Shown in pieces: positions 1 to 15,739 of a DNA stretch of 64,000 bases (position 1 is the first letter of the stretch; each line of letters opens with the position of its first letter). Source of the DNA: Eledone cirrhosa (taxonomy: Eukaryota); contig OZ024741.1 in NCBI GenBank assembly GCA_964016885.1, positions 376,526,001 through 376,590,000 of the forward strand, in the 5' to 3' direction. Both the position numbers and the translations under genes were made by a program. The notes under the pieces were generated by a model. That model saw only the letters and a program-made list of their open reading frames with translations, did no database searches and had not been told where the DNA came from.

Positions 1-1004
1 CGTCTCGGGTTTTGCCCGCCTATTATTACATCCTCTATGTTGCCTCTATCTGTATGTCTGCTGTGGGCGTCAAGGTTATGACTATCACTTACTAAGGTAT
101 TCCGTTCTATATTGTCTGCTCTTTATGTGCTGCTGCTGTCGGGGCTATGCCACTACTACCAGGCCAGGTGTTCCTTCTAGCGGGTGCCACGGCTGTACTT
201 GTCGTTACCCTGTCCCTAGTTCCAGTTACCGCGATGCATGTAGTGTTCGTGCCGGGCCCATGCCTACATGTACTGGGTGGTCTAGCGCCCATGCGTGCCT
301 TAGTCCGTCCTATTGTCGGTCCTGTGTCATTAAACGGAACTGTATTGCTACTCGTGTTCTCGGAGACTAGTACCAGATCATTTCTTCTACCTATGGATGT
401 GCCACAGCTATTGCCGTCTCCGCATGCCTCGGCGCTAGGCTCTTCCCTGTCTGGGGTATACACTATATTATCTGTGTAACCGGCCCTGCCAGTGCATCAT
501 TATAATAGTCGGCGTGCTGTTTAAACACGTCTACGTTGGCCGACAGGGTGTATATGCGTTTCGATACCCCTATTGCTTCTATGATTGACCTGGGGTGGTT
601 AGATTGCCTGTTCACATATTGCAGGGTCTCATTGGGTTTGTGATAAGGTCGGTGGATGCCCGTATTCATTTCCAGGGTGACGTCCAGGAAAATCACCGTT
701 TGAGTGCTAGGATCTGACGTCACGGATAAGCCGTGTTGCTTTAAAAAATGCGATATGCGCTTCCTCATACGTTCCATCTGGCTGGGGTTTAGGGAAAGGA
801 AGGTTAAAAGTGCGTCGTCTCTGTTCTATTTCCCCGTCGATCCCTGGGATCTCCTCCGCTAATCTATGGAGGAGATATATCCCCACCAGAACGCTCACCT
901 GCGTCGAGTCTCTCAACCCCATGGTGATATCAAAACTGTCGGGTCTGTCCCTCCTCTCCCAAAACTTGTCTTCGAATCTAATTAGCGTCTTTCTAGCTCC
1001 TCCC
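1..1004 (-). mobile_element. Penelope-like element (Naiad-like) RT/thumb fragment, frameshifted, 5'-truncated at a (TA)n tract
   Basis: Minus-strand pieces FDITMGLRDSTQVSVLVGIYLL (ORF 707-922) and VIFLDVTLEMNTGIHRPYHKPNETLQYVNRQSNHP...YYNDAL (463-777) match the other PLE RTs in the window. Confidence 0.85.
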
Positions 1005-1006
1005 CA

Positions 1007-1039
<33 letters not shown>

Positions 1040-1159
1040 TTATATATATAAATATATATCTGTATATATATATATAGCTTTCACCGTATTTTTAACTAAA
1101 GGAATTTTAGCATGATAACGGGGTTTCGAACCCTCAGATAAATGGAAAAAGATGAGTAT

Positions 1160-1230
1160 TGACGTACATGGGAGTCGAACCCACATCTGTGGTTATCGCG
1201 ACCACTGTTCTACCATTACACCAACACATG
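1160..1230 (-). ncRNA. tRNA-like cloverleaf copy
   Basis: Reverse complement of 1540-1610. Confidence 0.7.
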
Positions 1231-1418
1231 ACCCATCTCTTTCCATTCAAATTAGAAACTACATTCTTAGCGAGTTTAAATGGCAAGTAAGTATGTTTTG
1301 AAACAGTGAGCGAGTTTGAAATTATAAAATATATAGCTTTCACCGTATTTTTAACTAAAGGAATCTTAGCTTGATAACGGGGTTTAGAACCTTCAGATAA
1401 ATGGGAAAAGATGAGTAT

Positions 1419-1489
1419 TGACGTACATGGGAATCGAACCCACATCTGTGGTTATCGCGACCACTGTGCCACCATTACACCAACATATC
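1419..1489 (-). ncRNA. tRNA-like cloverleaf copy
   Basis: Reverse complement of 1540-1610 with a few substitutions (D-stem gtg/cac pairing). Confidence 0.7.
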
Positions 1490-1539
1490 ACACATCTCGC
1501 TAAGAATGTAGTTTCTAATTTGAATGGAAAGAGATGGGT

Positions 1540-1610
1540 GATGTGTTGGTGTAATGGTAGAACAGTGGTCGCGATAACCACAGATGTGGGTTCGACTCCC
1601 ATGTACGTCA
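1540..1610 (+). ncRNA. tRNA-like cloverleaf (non-canonical; Pol III A/B boxes), probably not a functional tRNA
   Basis: Acceptor gatgtgt/gtacgtc, A box tggtgtaatgg, anticodon arm gtggt-cgcgata-accac, T arm gtggg-ttcgact-cccat; G33 and U37 are non-canonical. Confidence 0.75.
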
Positions 1611-1743
1611 ATACTCATCTTTTTCCATTTATCTGAGGGTTCTAAACCCCGCTATCAAGCTAAAATTCCTTTAGTTAAAAATACGCTGAAAGCTATATAT
1701 TTTCTAATTTCAAACTCGCTCACTGTTTCAAAACATACTTACT

Positions 1744-1780
<37 letters not shown>

Positions 1781-1788
1781 GTGTATAT

Positions 1789-1840
<52 letters not shown>

Positions 1841-2477
1841 GTGTATATATATACACACATATATATATATATATATTGAAACCTACTTACTTACAGAAGT
1901 GGAGATACATATGTAACACTCACAGACAGACATGATAATTCCAGTAAGCATATGTTGTATATGAAATACTCCCATGCATATACGTCTGGTGGTATGTGCA
2001 AATAACTACAATCACAAATATAGACATAATTATAAATATCTACATCAACTCAACACTCACATTCACGCTACTACATACGCCTATATCGCTTCGGATAATT
2101 ATATATAACACCGTTCACATAAGAATCCAATCATTGAGATTTATCTATATGCCCATATACACACGCTTACAGAAGAAAATATTTGCCAGAAAATAATGAT
2201 TTCCTCACGATTTATTCACTTTCTTGCTTCATTGAAAAACAAAGCTAATTTGATTTTAATACTCAAAGGGAAAATATATTGATAAAAGTATTATAAAATT
2301 TTGAGTTGCAATTTCACTTCCTACTGTTTTGACGTTTCTGACACGAAAGTAGTTACAGAAAGTTTGAGCAAAGAAATAGTGATATATTTCGTGTAAGTGC
2401 ATTTCATCATAGAATGTTAAAACTAATTCCAATTAAACAGTTTCACTGTTTCGAAATGTTAACAGGGCATTATGTTA

Positions 2478-2663
2478 CGGTGGATTGGCAGTATCGGTAG
2501 AGGGTCGGACGCCATGCTTTCCGGCATAGTTACGTCCCTTTACGATCTGAGTTCAAATCCCGCCGAGGTTGACTTTGCCTTTCATCCTTACGGGGTCGAT
2601 AAAATAAAGTACCAGTAATGCACTGGGTAATTGCTGGCCTTGTGCCTAAAGTAGAAACAATTA
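2478..2663 (+). mobile_element. tRNA-derived SINE
   Basis: A-box-like tggcagtatcgg, B box gagttcaaatccc, conserved body gccgaggttgactttgcctttcatccttacggggtcgataaaataaagtaccagt; repeated at 7293 and 19866. Confidence 0.85.
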
Positions 2664-3643
2664 TGTTACCTGGTCTATTTAATATAGATTTCAGTGGTGT
2701 AGTTTTGTTGGCATGGCCTAGTTTTAGAAGGCCAGAAATATAAAGTGTATTATTTAAGTTCGTATCTGAGGATGATTTAAGCACTATCGAATGTGTGCAC
2801 TTGGCGGGAGAGGGTAATATAATGATTGACAAAGGCTTAGAACCTTAATTTACATCGGGAGCATTAGAACTGAAATGGGGATACACCTTAACTGAATACT
2901 TCAAGTATTTTATTTAAAGCTTTACCTCTTCTGCAAGCACATCAATTTGCAAGCATTATAAGTACACGTTATAATTTAGCTTATATACATTACTCACAGT
3001 ATCTTCTCCCCTTTTTTATAGCATAGGTATAGTCCTAGATTTTTAAGAGAAATATATTAAATTGCCTTACGAATTACACGTTGGGTCAATGTTGTTACAG
3101 CCATATCGTTCGTATATTTTGATTAACAGTATCCAGAATGTTGGCTGCTTGCTAAATCGTAGACACATAAAAAGATAACACACACATGTACACATACACA
3201 CAAACACACGACAGCGTCGGTTGAAGCAGGCAGAGTTTTGGCTGCTTGCTAAATTGTAGACACATAAAAAGATAACACACACACACACACACCAGATAAC
3301 TCTACATGCGGCTTTGACCGGGAGGGTCATTTAGAGGGAATGTGGGGGAGGGGGTAAGGCTGCACAGCTCCACTTTCCGCCATGGCGAGTGGACTGCATT
3401 CCCTGCTTTCCAGGTTACCCTTCGCCACTCTATCCAAAGTACCCTAAGTTTTTTTAAAGAGAGTGAAGGGTAATTGCTATTTTCTAGGATGTAGATTTTC
3501 TCATTGGCTAAGAATTAAAAAAATTAAAAGGAGCGGTGAAGATTTCAGAATAGCTTGGTAGCATTAGTAGCTGTTTTCTGGGACTATTCCTATGTTAAAA
3601 ATCAAATGACATATGCTTCAACAAAATTTATTAGTGTATATGT

Positions 3644-3645
<2 letters not shown>

Positions 3646-3731
<86 letters not shown>
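3646..3731. repeat. (CA)n microsatellite
   Basis: Direct inspection. Confidence 0.95.
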
Positions 3732-3734
<3 letters not shown>

Positions 3735-6539
3735 CCCCCGCGGGATGGCCGCCCCGGCAGACGAACCCCACGCAACCAAGGCGTGATTGGAGAATATACC
3801 GGCGACCCGCACGCATCACCCACCTGCAGCAGAACAGGCTGCGGCGTGCGGAATAATAATGGTACAACACCGCACGCCTTGAGAGATAACAGTACCAATG
3901 ACAGATTTAGAGACATAGATAAGAACATAGATAGCAATTGTAATAGCTTTACTTTAGGAACTAGGAGCGACCGTGACGGAAAATGCAACTGTCGTGACAG
4001 GGGAAGCTGCCCTCTCGGGGGAAACTGCCTGACTGATAAGGTTATTTATAGGTGCACCGTAACTAGCCATAGCGGAGTTAAACACCATATAGGAGCCACC
4101 TCTGGCCAGTTTAAAACGAGATTTAGAGCGCATCTCCACTCTTTCAGGAACAAAAATCTATGGCACTCCAAATCACTACAACTTCAGAGGCACTACAACG
4201 TCAGAGGGAAATGCCAGCTCTGCCTCATGGAGCTATACTACATCATAAGAACACTAGGAAAGAGATACCGGCCCTACAGGGCGGAGTATGAGACGATGCC
4301 CTGTTTACCGAATCCACAGCCCCCGCAGGATAGAGAACCTTAACAAGCGTATACACAGGTTCTTTAAGACATATGGCCTATCAGTGACCATGGACCTCAA
4401 CCACCAAATAGTCAATTTCCTAGACGTAACCCTGGAGTTGAGTACGGGCCTATACAAGCCATACCATAAGCTCGGTGAGATCCTGTCCTATATAAACTAT
4501 GCATCTAACCACTCTAAGTCTACTCTCAACTCCATAGTATATAGCATATCCCATAGGATCTCGAGACTCTCCGTCAATGAAGATATCTTCAACCAAGCGG
4601 CCGAATATTACAATAAGACTTTACTAAATGCCGGTTTTAACCAGAAAATATCCAACATCCTTAACGCTAGCTCTAGAAACCAACCCCAACGTAGGACTAA
4701 TGTTATTGTGAGCCATACCTATAACAGAGAACGCTACAGCCATGACAGCGTCACTAACTATAGTATAGAGAACCACACTAAGAAACTTGGCCACACCGTT
4801 AATTACATGAGTGGCGACCAAGACAACCGACAGTATGGTAAGTGTTTCCCCGATTGGTAGCGCCACCCACTGCAGCCTATTAGAGTTATTCCCTAACTAT
4901 AAGACCAGCAACGGCGGCGGCCTATTAACAACACCCTCCAACCCGCGTCTAGCCACACATAGAAAGTACGGAGGTAAGGCGCCCCCAACTGAACATAAAG
5001 TAATGGGGACGCACAACCGGCTACAGCACAGGAACAACCGTAAATACTGTCAACTAGGAAGCACAACCTGTAGCAAACCCACAGTAACGCGGAAACGCCA
5101 CTGTAATATCATATGGTTCCACCCCCTACTCTCGGAGTGTGGCCTCCGACGTACCGAGGATATTCTTCGAAGCCTTGGAGAGAAATTTCCCAGCTAATCA
5201 TAAATACAGAAAAATACTTAACAGGAAGACTATCAAAATATCCTTCTCTACCACCCCCAATCTAGCTGACATCATAGGAGCAACTAATCACAGTAAGATT
5301 AACAAAACACTACACCTTAGCATAGATACATCTAGACCTGACAAAAACACTAATAACCTTAACATCCCCCTAACAGCACCAAATAGGTTGGATGGCCGCC
5401 CCGGCAGACGAAACCCACGTAACCAGGGCGTGATTGGAGAATATACCGGCGACCCACACGCATCATCCACCGGCAGCAGAACGGGCAACGGCATGCGGAA
5501 TAATAATGGTACAGCACTGCACGGCTTGACAGATAACAGTACCAATGACAGAGTTAGAGACATAGATAACAGCATAGATAGCAATTGTAATAGCTTTACT
5601 TTAGGAACTTGGAGCGACCGTGAGGGAAAATGCAACTGTCCTGACAGGGGAGGCTGCCCTCTCGGGGAAAACTGCCTGACTGATAAGGTTATTTATAGGT
5701 GCACCGTAACTAGCCATAGCGGAGTTAAAAACTACATAGGAGCCACTTCTGGCCAGTTTAAAACGAGATTTAGAATGCATCTCCACTCTTTCAGGAACAC
5801 AAATCTATGGCACTCCACATCACTTGACAACTACGTCACCAGATTGCAAGACGCCAACATAAGCTTCTCCACACACTGCGATATTGTTAGTAGAGCTGCA
5901 CCATACAACTTCAGGGGGAAATGCCAGCTCTGCTCATGGAGATGTACTACATCATAAGAACACCCCACGAGCTCATAAACAGCCGAGCAGAATCAGTTAT
6001 TAATTGTAAACACCGGGTACAGGCGTCGTATTTTGCCTGGGAGGCGACTGTGACATGAAAACTACGAACTGGCTCCCCCTGCCCGAACCATAACACCCCG
6101 GTGGGCAGGCGGTATGAACAATCATCTGCGAACCAAATGTACACCGCAGACCATACTCGAACAAACATTAGTGAAGCAACATCCACTAAATAATAAATGT
6201 ACACCCCAGACCCGACCTGTACTGGCACTAGTGAAACAACACACATAATATAAAGATGCTAAACACCAGCATATGTACAGGCATAAAAATCCACATGGGA
6301 CTGATTGCTTGAACACCGGCAAGAGTTACTCCCTCTGCTCTGTGATAATAAAAACACATGCACAGAGGGGAAAAATGAATGATGATGTTACTTTAACCGT
6401 GAATTCCCTACTGGGTCCTATGTTGATCATTATTTTGCTTTCCATTCCCTTGATAAGCCGATTCAGGACGAAACGTACGTAGGTGCACTATTATATAAAC
6501 ATATTTTAACGGTTTTAAACTCTTTGTATTCATTTCCTT

Positions 6540-6540
<1 letters not shown>
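3732..6540 (+). mobile_element. Penelope-like element (Naiad-like): RT thumb + GIY-YIG endonuclease, with an upstream partial tandem copy of the EN region
   Basis: VNFLDVTLELSTGLYKPYHK (4288-4860); CNCPDRGGCPLGENCLTDKVIYRC...NYIGATSGQFKTRFRMH (5139-5957); 3732-4250 duplicates ~5390-5960; 3' end carries an HHR and runs into (TA)n. Confidence 0.9.
6447..6485 (+). ncRNA. Type I hammerhead-like motif, UUGAUAA (U3-A8) core
   Basis: cc-ttgataa-gccgattcaggac-gaaa-cgtacg-ta-gg; palindromic stem III acgtacgt, GUA site; stem I weak. Confidence 0.55.
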
Positions 6541-6616
<76 letters not shown>

Positions 6617-6626
6617 TATAATAATA

Positions 6627-6707
<81 letters not shown>

Positions 6708-7292
6708 AAAATGTAAACAGAAATAACAACACAATCGGTACAGTATATGGAAGGGATATATTAGGTTAACGTTTGATATAGCAGGAAGAGGGTCTTAACG
6801 TTTTGGACGTTATCCCTTCATCAGAATAAAGTATGAGAAATAAGATAGATTGAGTGGTGGGCGGGATGGAATTGGAAAAAATGTCTTTTGATAGAAATGA
6901 CAGGTCCATTCATGTTGACATCTCTTTGCCAACCTCAGAAAATGACTGTAACAATATTTAATCGTTATAAATAATAGCTTAGAAAATCGGGCAAATAGCC
7001 ATAAAGACGGAATTATATGGACAACTGCCACTGCAGAAGTACGCTGTCTACATCCCTCTAAATGGTAGACGACCAAAAATCCGTCAATTTTAAGGTGATA
7101 TAATAAACAGGTTGCACGTACACCGGGAACGAAACAAATCCTATTTAGCTTTGACCCATTAGGGTGATTGGAAATATGAAACTATGGGTATCCGCTGAAA
7201 ATAAGCCCTTAGAAATCGGGAGATAGGGTGGGGGTAGGGTGACAACATGCTCTAGGGTTATCTTACACAAATGCTAAGCCATTATTTATAGG

Positions 7293-7460
7293 GCGGGGGA
7301 TTGGCAATATCGGTAGAAGGTCGGACGCCATGCTTTGCAGCATAGAGTTACGCTCCTTTATAATCTGAATTCAAAACCTGCCGAGGTTCACTTTGCCTTT
7401 CATCCTTACGGGGTAGATAAAATAAAGTACCAGTAATAAACTGGGATAATTGCTGGCCTA
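7293..7460 (+). mobile_element. tRNA-derived SINE (same family as 2478)
   Basis: Near-identical body gccgaggttcactttgcctttcatccttacgggg...aaagtaccagt. Confidence 0.85.
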
Positions 7461-7588
7461 TTCCTATTATATCAGTTATAAAAATATATTCCTTATATAT
7501 ATTCCTTTATATATATTCCTTTATATATATTCCTTTATATCAGTTATAAAAATATTTGGTTGTTGTATCCCAACAATTTAAATAGAAC

Positions 7589-7676
<88 letters not shown>

Positions 7677-7786
7677 AGAAGTTCTATTTAAATTGTTGGG
7701 ATACAACAACCAAATATTTTTATAACTGATATAAATGAATATATATAAAGGAATATATATAAGGAATATATTTTTATAACTGATAT

Positions 7787-7797
<11 letters not shown>
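7459..7797. repeat. Inverted repeat (~120-130 bp arms) around a (TA)n tract
   Basis: atcagttataaaaatatttggttgttgtatcccaacaatttaaatagaacttc precedes the TA tract and its reverse complement follows it. Confidence 0.9.
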
Positions 7798-10556
<2,759 letters not shown>

Positions 10557-10572
10557 TTATATATATATATAT

Positions 10573-12345
10573 CCAGCCGCCCTCAGGACTGCCGCTAGGT
10601 AACGATGGTCGACCCTATCGAAAGCTTTCGACTGGTCTAAATTGATCAAGGACCCACCCGTGCCAGGTTCCCTAGCTACTCTCTCTACGATGTATCGCAT
10701 GGGGTGGAGGTTGTCGTGGATAGATCTGTCGGGAATGGCGCATGTCAGCGCCTCTCCCACCAGACCACCAACGACAAGCGCCAACCTCTTTGCTAGCACC
10801 TTGGCCAAAATCTTGAACTCTGTGTTTAGCAGAGTTATGGGCCTGAAATTATCTATCTTATCCCCCTTGTTCGGATCTTTTCTCAGCAGTGCCACCGTTC
10901 CTCGGCTCACAGAGCTGGGAATTCTCCCGTTCTGTTGCCAGTTGCAGTAGACGTCCGGCAAGAGGCCTCCGAACAAGTCTGGCATCTGTACGTAAAGTTC
11001 ATAGGGAAGACCATCCAAACCAGGCGATTTACCCCTTGTGCAGCCAGTCATTGCCTCCCGTACTTCAGCGGCTGTTATCGGCTTTTCGCAACACTTCACC
11101 TCAGTGGACGAGAGCCGCGGCAGTCGTCGAGGTAGACACTAAAGTCCATCCCTCGACCCGTCCCACCGCTGCCCCCGAACAGCTGAGCGAAGTGTCGCTG
11201 AAAAGCTTCACACATTTGCCCGGGATCGAGTAGCATGCGCCCTTCGCGGTCCACCAAAGACCGGATCGTGGCTTTGTTTCCACAACGCGCCTCCGCCACT
11301 CGGGCCCATTGAACGGCTTTCGTCCCCTCGTGTCTGAGAGCACGCACCCTAGCTCTGACAACGCAGCCTTCGTGCTTTGCATTGAAGAATTGGTCAAGGG
11401 CCAATTTCGCCGCAAGCACGTCGGTCGCGATGCCTTTGCTAAGCGCCTCGTCTAATTTTCTAACTAGTTCTCCCTCTGCTCTATTTTTCTCTATTGCTAA
11501 AGCCTTACTAAACCTAATGGATTCTATTCTAATCGCTCTGTTCAGAGCAAATCACCACTTGTTGTTGACGATGGCCCCCGTCAACACCCACTTAACTAGT
11601 TCGCTAATCCGGTCTCTGGTAAGGACGCGTTTAGCTTCCAGTAGCCGGGTCCTCGTCTATGAAGCCTATCTAAGTGAAGCACACAGATCACAATTGTGTA
11701 CAGCCTCTGCTACACCTATCTATTTCCCTACAAAATACTCTATCTAGATATGATCTGGATGACCCTATGCGATTTGTCCAAGTCCACATTGGCACATTCG
11801 GGAAATCCAATCGGTACCTGTCAGACAGTTCAAAACGCCTGAGAAGTTTGGTGAGGCCCTTGCAGCCTCCACCCCTATCCCCGAATCCCACACAGTCCCA
11901 GCGTGCATCTAAGATCCCGTTCCAAGGCCCACTAACACTAAAGAGCGGGACGATCCAAGAAAGCTCTCCACACGCCGGAAGAAATCAGGCCGCCCTGCTC
12001 CTGTGGGGGCATAGACGGCCACTAGCCTGAAAGCTTGCCCGTCTCCGCTGGTCACGTCCAGCACCACCAACTTGCCCTCTGGGTCCAGGAAGATGGCCCG
12101 TATGGCGAGATCCAAACCTCTCCGAAAAGCACAGCAACTCCTTCCCCCCGATCCAGGAGGCTGGGAGATGCGTACACATCGTAGCCGCCGAAGATCGGTG
12201 CGAAGACCCGTGCTTCGGAGATTCTGGTCTCGCTGATGGCCACTACATCTATGTTTAGTGACCTGAGGTCGTTGCGCAGGTGACCTTGCTTCCATGACGA
12301 CCCAACGCCACGCGCATTTATGCTGCCTATTCTGAGTGAGGTCAT
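10573..12345 (-). pseudogene. LINE ORF2 (APE endonuclease + RT N-half), frameshifted
   Basis: ORF pieces 12052-12345, 11909-12418, 11688-11891 (WTWTN..SRSYLDRVF), 11096-11419, 10557-11099. Confidence 0.88.
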
Positions 12346-12753
12346 GTTTAAAATGGAGTGGAAAAGATGGGAAAGACCACTTACCGTACTTTTCGTAGAG
12401 GAATGATGGTTTCTCCATCCCTTCTCACTTGATCGTCTGGTGAAGGGACCGTTGAATCGTCCCTTCGGCTGGTCGTCGGCTCTTCTATGGGTATGTCCGA
12501 ATATACTCTTCGGTTGAGAGTCCCTCCTATGTCTCTGAAATCACCAACTGCGTTGGGGAATTTCGTTTTAATGTTTGTGTATTGTTTCTGTGCTATTTTT
12601 ACCAGTCTTATGTTCGTTGGCGTTTTGATTGGTGCTGGTATTATGTAGTCGTGCTATGAAATGTCTGTGTGTTCAATTATGTAAGTCATTAGTTTCTTGT
12701 TGTGTGTATTTATTGCCGTGCATTTGTTTTTCTGCGGGTGTGGTGTGGTTCTG

Positions 12754-14348
12754 CTATTTTCTTGTCGTTGTTGCTGGGTGTGTGTTTTGTTGTTGTGTTT
12801 GCGATGTTGGTGCTTGTTGTGGTGGTGTTGAAGGTGTTGTTGTTGTTGGCGGTGGGGTTGTCGTCGGTGGTGCTAGTGTGGGTGGTGATGGTGTTGGTGG
12901 TGTTGCTGCTGTGAGTCTCTTTGCAGTAGCCTTTACCTTTTTTTCATTTCTTTCCTCCCTTTTCGAAGGCGACGATGCCCTGCTTCTGCGCTTGTGCCTT
13001 CTTACGACCTTTTGCCATCCCTCTCCCACCTCACACTCCATGTCTGATTCTGTGAGGTCGGGGAGGGGTACCAGCTCCACTCTTTCACTTGTTGTTGTTG
13101 GTGATGTTTGCACTGGAGTCTCTGTTGCAGCTGCATTTGGTATTACTGTTGTTGTTGTTAATACTTCCACTGCTGCTGCTGTTTTTGATTTCCGTGGCGT
13201 GGGTATGGGTGCCACGGACCTATCGTTCCTGGTTGCCGCTTGTCCTGTTGCTGCAAGCCGTGGAGCCGGTTTCGGAAGGAGGGGGGTTTTCTCCTTTCTC
13301 AGGATCTTCTCGTTGCAGAAGGCCCTGAGGTGAGTCTTCGATCCACAGCGAAAGCATTTCGGGCGTTTGCCCTCAACACTTATGGGCAGTTGAGTGCCGT
13401 TATAGAAGTCTATCACATCCGGGATAACATCGATGCACTCCTGGTTGGTTTGGATTAACATCTCAATGGAGGTGCCGGCCCAAACTTCTCTTACTTTTTA
13501 CTGTACTGCAGTAGAGTTGTTTTGTCTTCGATTCCGACGAGGACAGACGCGGCCAGCCAAGAAGGGGCCATCCCACTTGGGGACGTGGGTCAGTTTGACC
13601 CTCACAATTTTTTGCCCGCAGTAGGAGGGCACCAACACCATTTCCTCGCTCCTTAGGGTCACTAAGGATTGAGCCTCTGCCTCCTCGGGTCTGGCAAAAA
13701 GCACGTCTACGGTGGCATATTTCTTGCCTCGGGTGATATGCGTTTTCCGCTGCCACACAGACCCTAAGGCTTTTTGTATTTGAGCCCCTGTGGCTCTTTC
13801 AACCCTACGGGATTTTGTGCTTACTGTACGGTACGTGACCGCACAGTGCTGTTGGTTTCGAAAAATGTTTCGGCTGCCTTGCAGATTGCTCGGTGTCCGG
13901 TTTTCGTCACCATCTTCTTCGCTTCCTGTAATTCCTCATTTGTTATGAGGATGGTTTCCAGGTTCTTTGCGATACCTGCAAACGAGATTGGTTTTTCTTT
14001 GCTGCTGTTGTTGTTGTTGTTGTTGTTGTTGTCGTCAGAGCTGCTGTTACTTTTGTTGTTGCTGCAGGTACTACGACTACTGCCGCCGCCGCTGTTGCTG
14101 TGGTTGTTGTTGTTGTTGGTGCTGCTGCTGTTGTTGTTGCTGTTGCTGCGAATGCTGTTGTTGTTTATGCAGCTGCTGATGCTTTTGCGGCTGCTACTGT
14201 TGTTTTCCTTGTCACTGTTGCTGCTGCTACTGTTATTACGGCTGCTACTGCTACTATTCATGACGTCAGACGAATGAAATGGGTTTTCGTATTTCCCGCA
14301 CACATTTTTCGTCGTTGTCGTCGTGGAGAAATGTTGCCCGCTTTGCAC
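12754..14348 (-). pseudogene. LINE ORF1 (gag-like; N/S-rich N-terminus, zinc knuckle, P/T-rich tail), frameshifted
   Basis: ORF pieces 13821-14348, 13498-13758, 12754-13461. Confidence 0.75.
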
Positions 14349-15739
14349 GTGATTTTTTTTACTGGTGTCGCTTGCGAAAGAGAAGGGAGGGAGAGAGACA
14401 CATTTAGAGAAGGGAGGGAGAGAGACAATCTTCTCTCTGCTGTAGTGACGATTGAGGAAGAAGAAGACGGAATGAGTGCGAGTGACCTATACAAATTCTT
14501 TTTCATAGCCATGTTTTTTTTTGTTTAAAATAAATATTGGGCACAAATCCCCAATAAGCGGTTATTTAACCCTGAAGGGCCAAATAACGGGCAGAAAGAC
14601 CCTCTCACAAGGAGGAGGGTGTTTTTGTCTACAATTTGGTTAAAGTTTTAAACAATTTACAATTGTTATATCGGTCAAAATTTACAATACCTTACAGAGC
14701 CGAGCTTCCGTCAACCATAGCATTCAATAATAATAATAATAATAATAATAATGTGGTGGATAGAAGGTCATGAAATCGCTCCCGTAATTTTTTGATTTTT
14801 AACATATTTAAAACAATTGTGATATAACAATTCTTAGTACAAATGATACATAAAGCACCCGACTCAACTCTCAGAAAATTCGGATCCATAATATCCAGTT
14901 ATATGGCTCAAATATTCAATTTTGTATTATAAATTTTATATTCAAAAAAGAAAATGGTTATAAATGGAAGAAAAAAACCCCTCTGTCTACACTATATAGA
15001 ACAGCCAAATAACAGCAATTTCACCAACACCACAAACTAGATACACCACCTTTCACATCACCCCTCTGTGTACACTAAATACAACAGCCAGATAACGGCA
15101 ATTTCACCACCACCACCACCAATCCCAGCATAATAATAATAAATACTATTATTGTCTCAAGTTTTCACAAAATGTTTAATTCAAATATTAAGAAAATATG
15201 TCAAAACATATATTAAACATACGCGACAATCCGCATAGATACACAGATCAAACAAACTAGTCTATTCAACAAAACTCAGTAACGACAGTGCCATCGATAT
15301 AGTCACCGCCGCCACCACGCCATCCATCATTACTACCACTATCCCATCACCGCCGTCGCCACTCCATCATTGCTACCACTATCCCATCACCGCCGCCACC
15401 ACTCCTTCATTGCTACCAGCACTATTCCCCCATTACCTTCTGTTAATTTAAGAAAGGGGAAGGTGGCGGTATCACTAGACAAGGGAGAGGCTAGCAAAAG
15501 ATATAAATAGATTGACGTAGTGACCCGGCCACCGGCCAAATGTCAACGGCTATGGCACTGCTGGCTCCCCCCTTCCCCACAAACAATAGAAAAAGCCCCA
15601 GCACCACCACCGACATAGCCAACAACAATACCAGGCAACCTCAGCAAAAAGTATATTATATTATTAATAATTTCATTATTAAGCCACGCAATGCTCACAT
15701 TAAGGAACCACTCATGATAATAACAATTTAAAAAAAAAC

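Larger units (their letters stand above)
1076..1744. repeat. 259-bp unit containing a tRNA-like cloverleaf: ~1.6 tandem copies on minus (1076-1495) plus one inverted copy (1496-1744), flanked by (TA)n
   Basis: agctttcaccg recurs at 1076 and 1335; 1496 onward is the reverse complement of the unit; a fourth partial copy lies at ~45105-45297. Confidence 0.9.
10573..14724 (-). mobile_element. L1/Tx1-type LINE with apparently intact 5' end, 3'-truncated inside the RT
   Basis: ORF1 with CCHC knuckle CFRCGSKTHLRAFC; APE start MTSLRIGSINARG...DVVAISETR; RT KSPGLDGLPYELY, FRPITLLNTEFKILAKVLAKRL, DQSKAFDRVDH. Confidence 0.9.

Noticed and set aside
1540-1610. Functional tRNA-Ser(CGA) gene
   Set aside because: Lacks U33, purine 37 and the long variable arm; embedded in a repeat
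6790-6830. Minus-strand CUGAUGA hammerhead
   Set aside because: GAAA reads AAAA and stem I does not pair
12629-14528. Plus-strand poly-L/V/C ORFs
   Set aside because: Antisense shadows of the LINE ORF1 low-complexity regions
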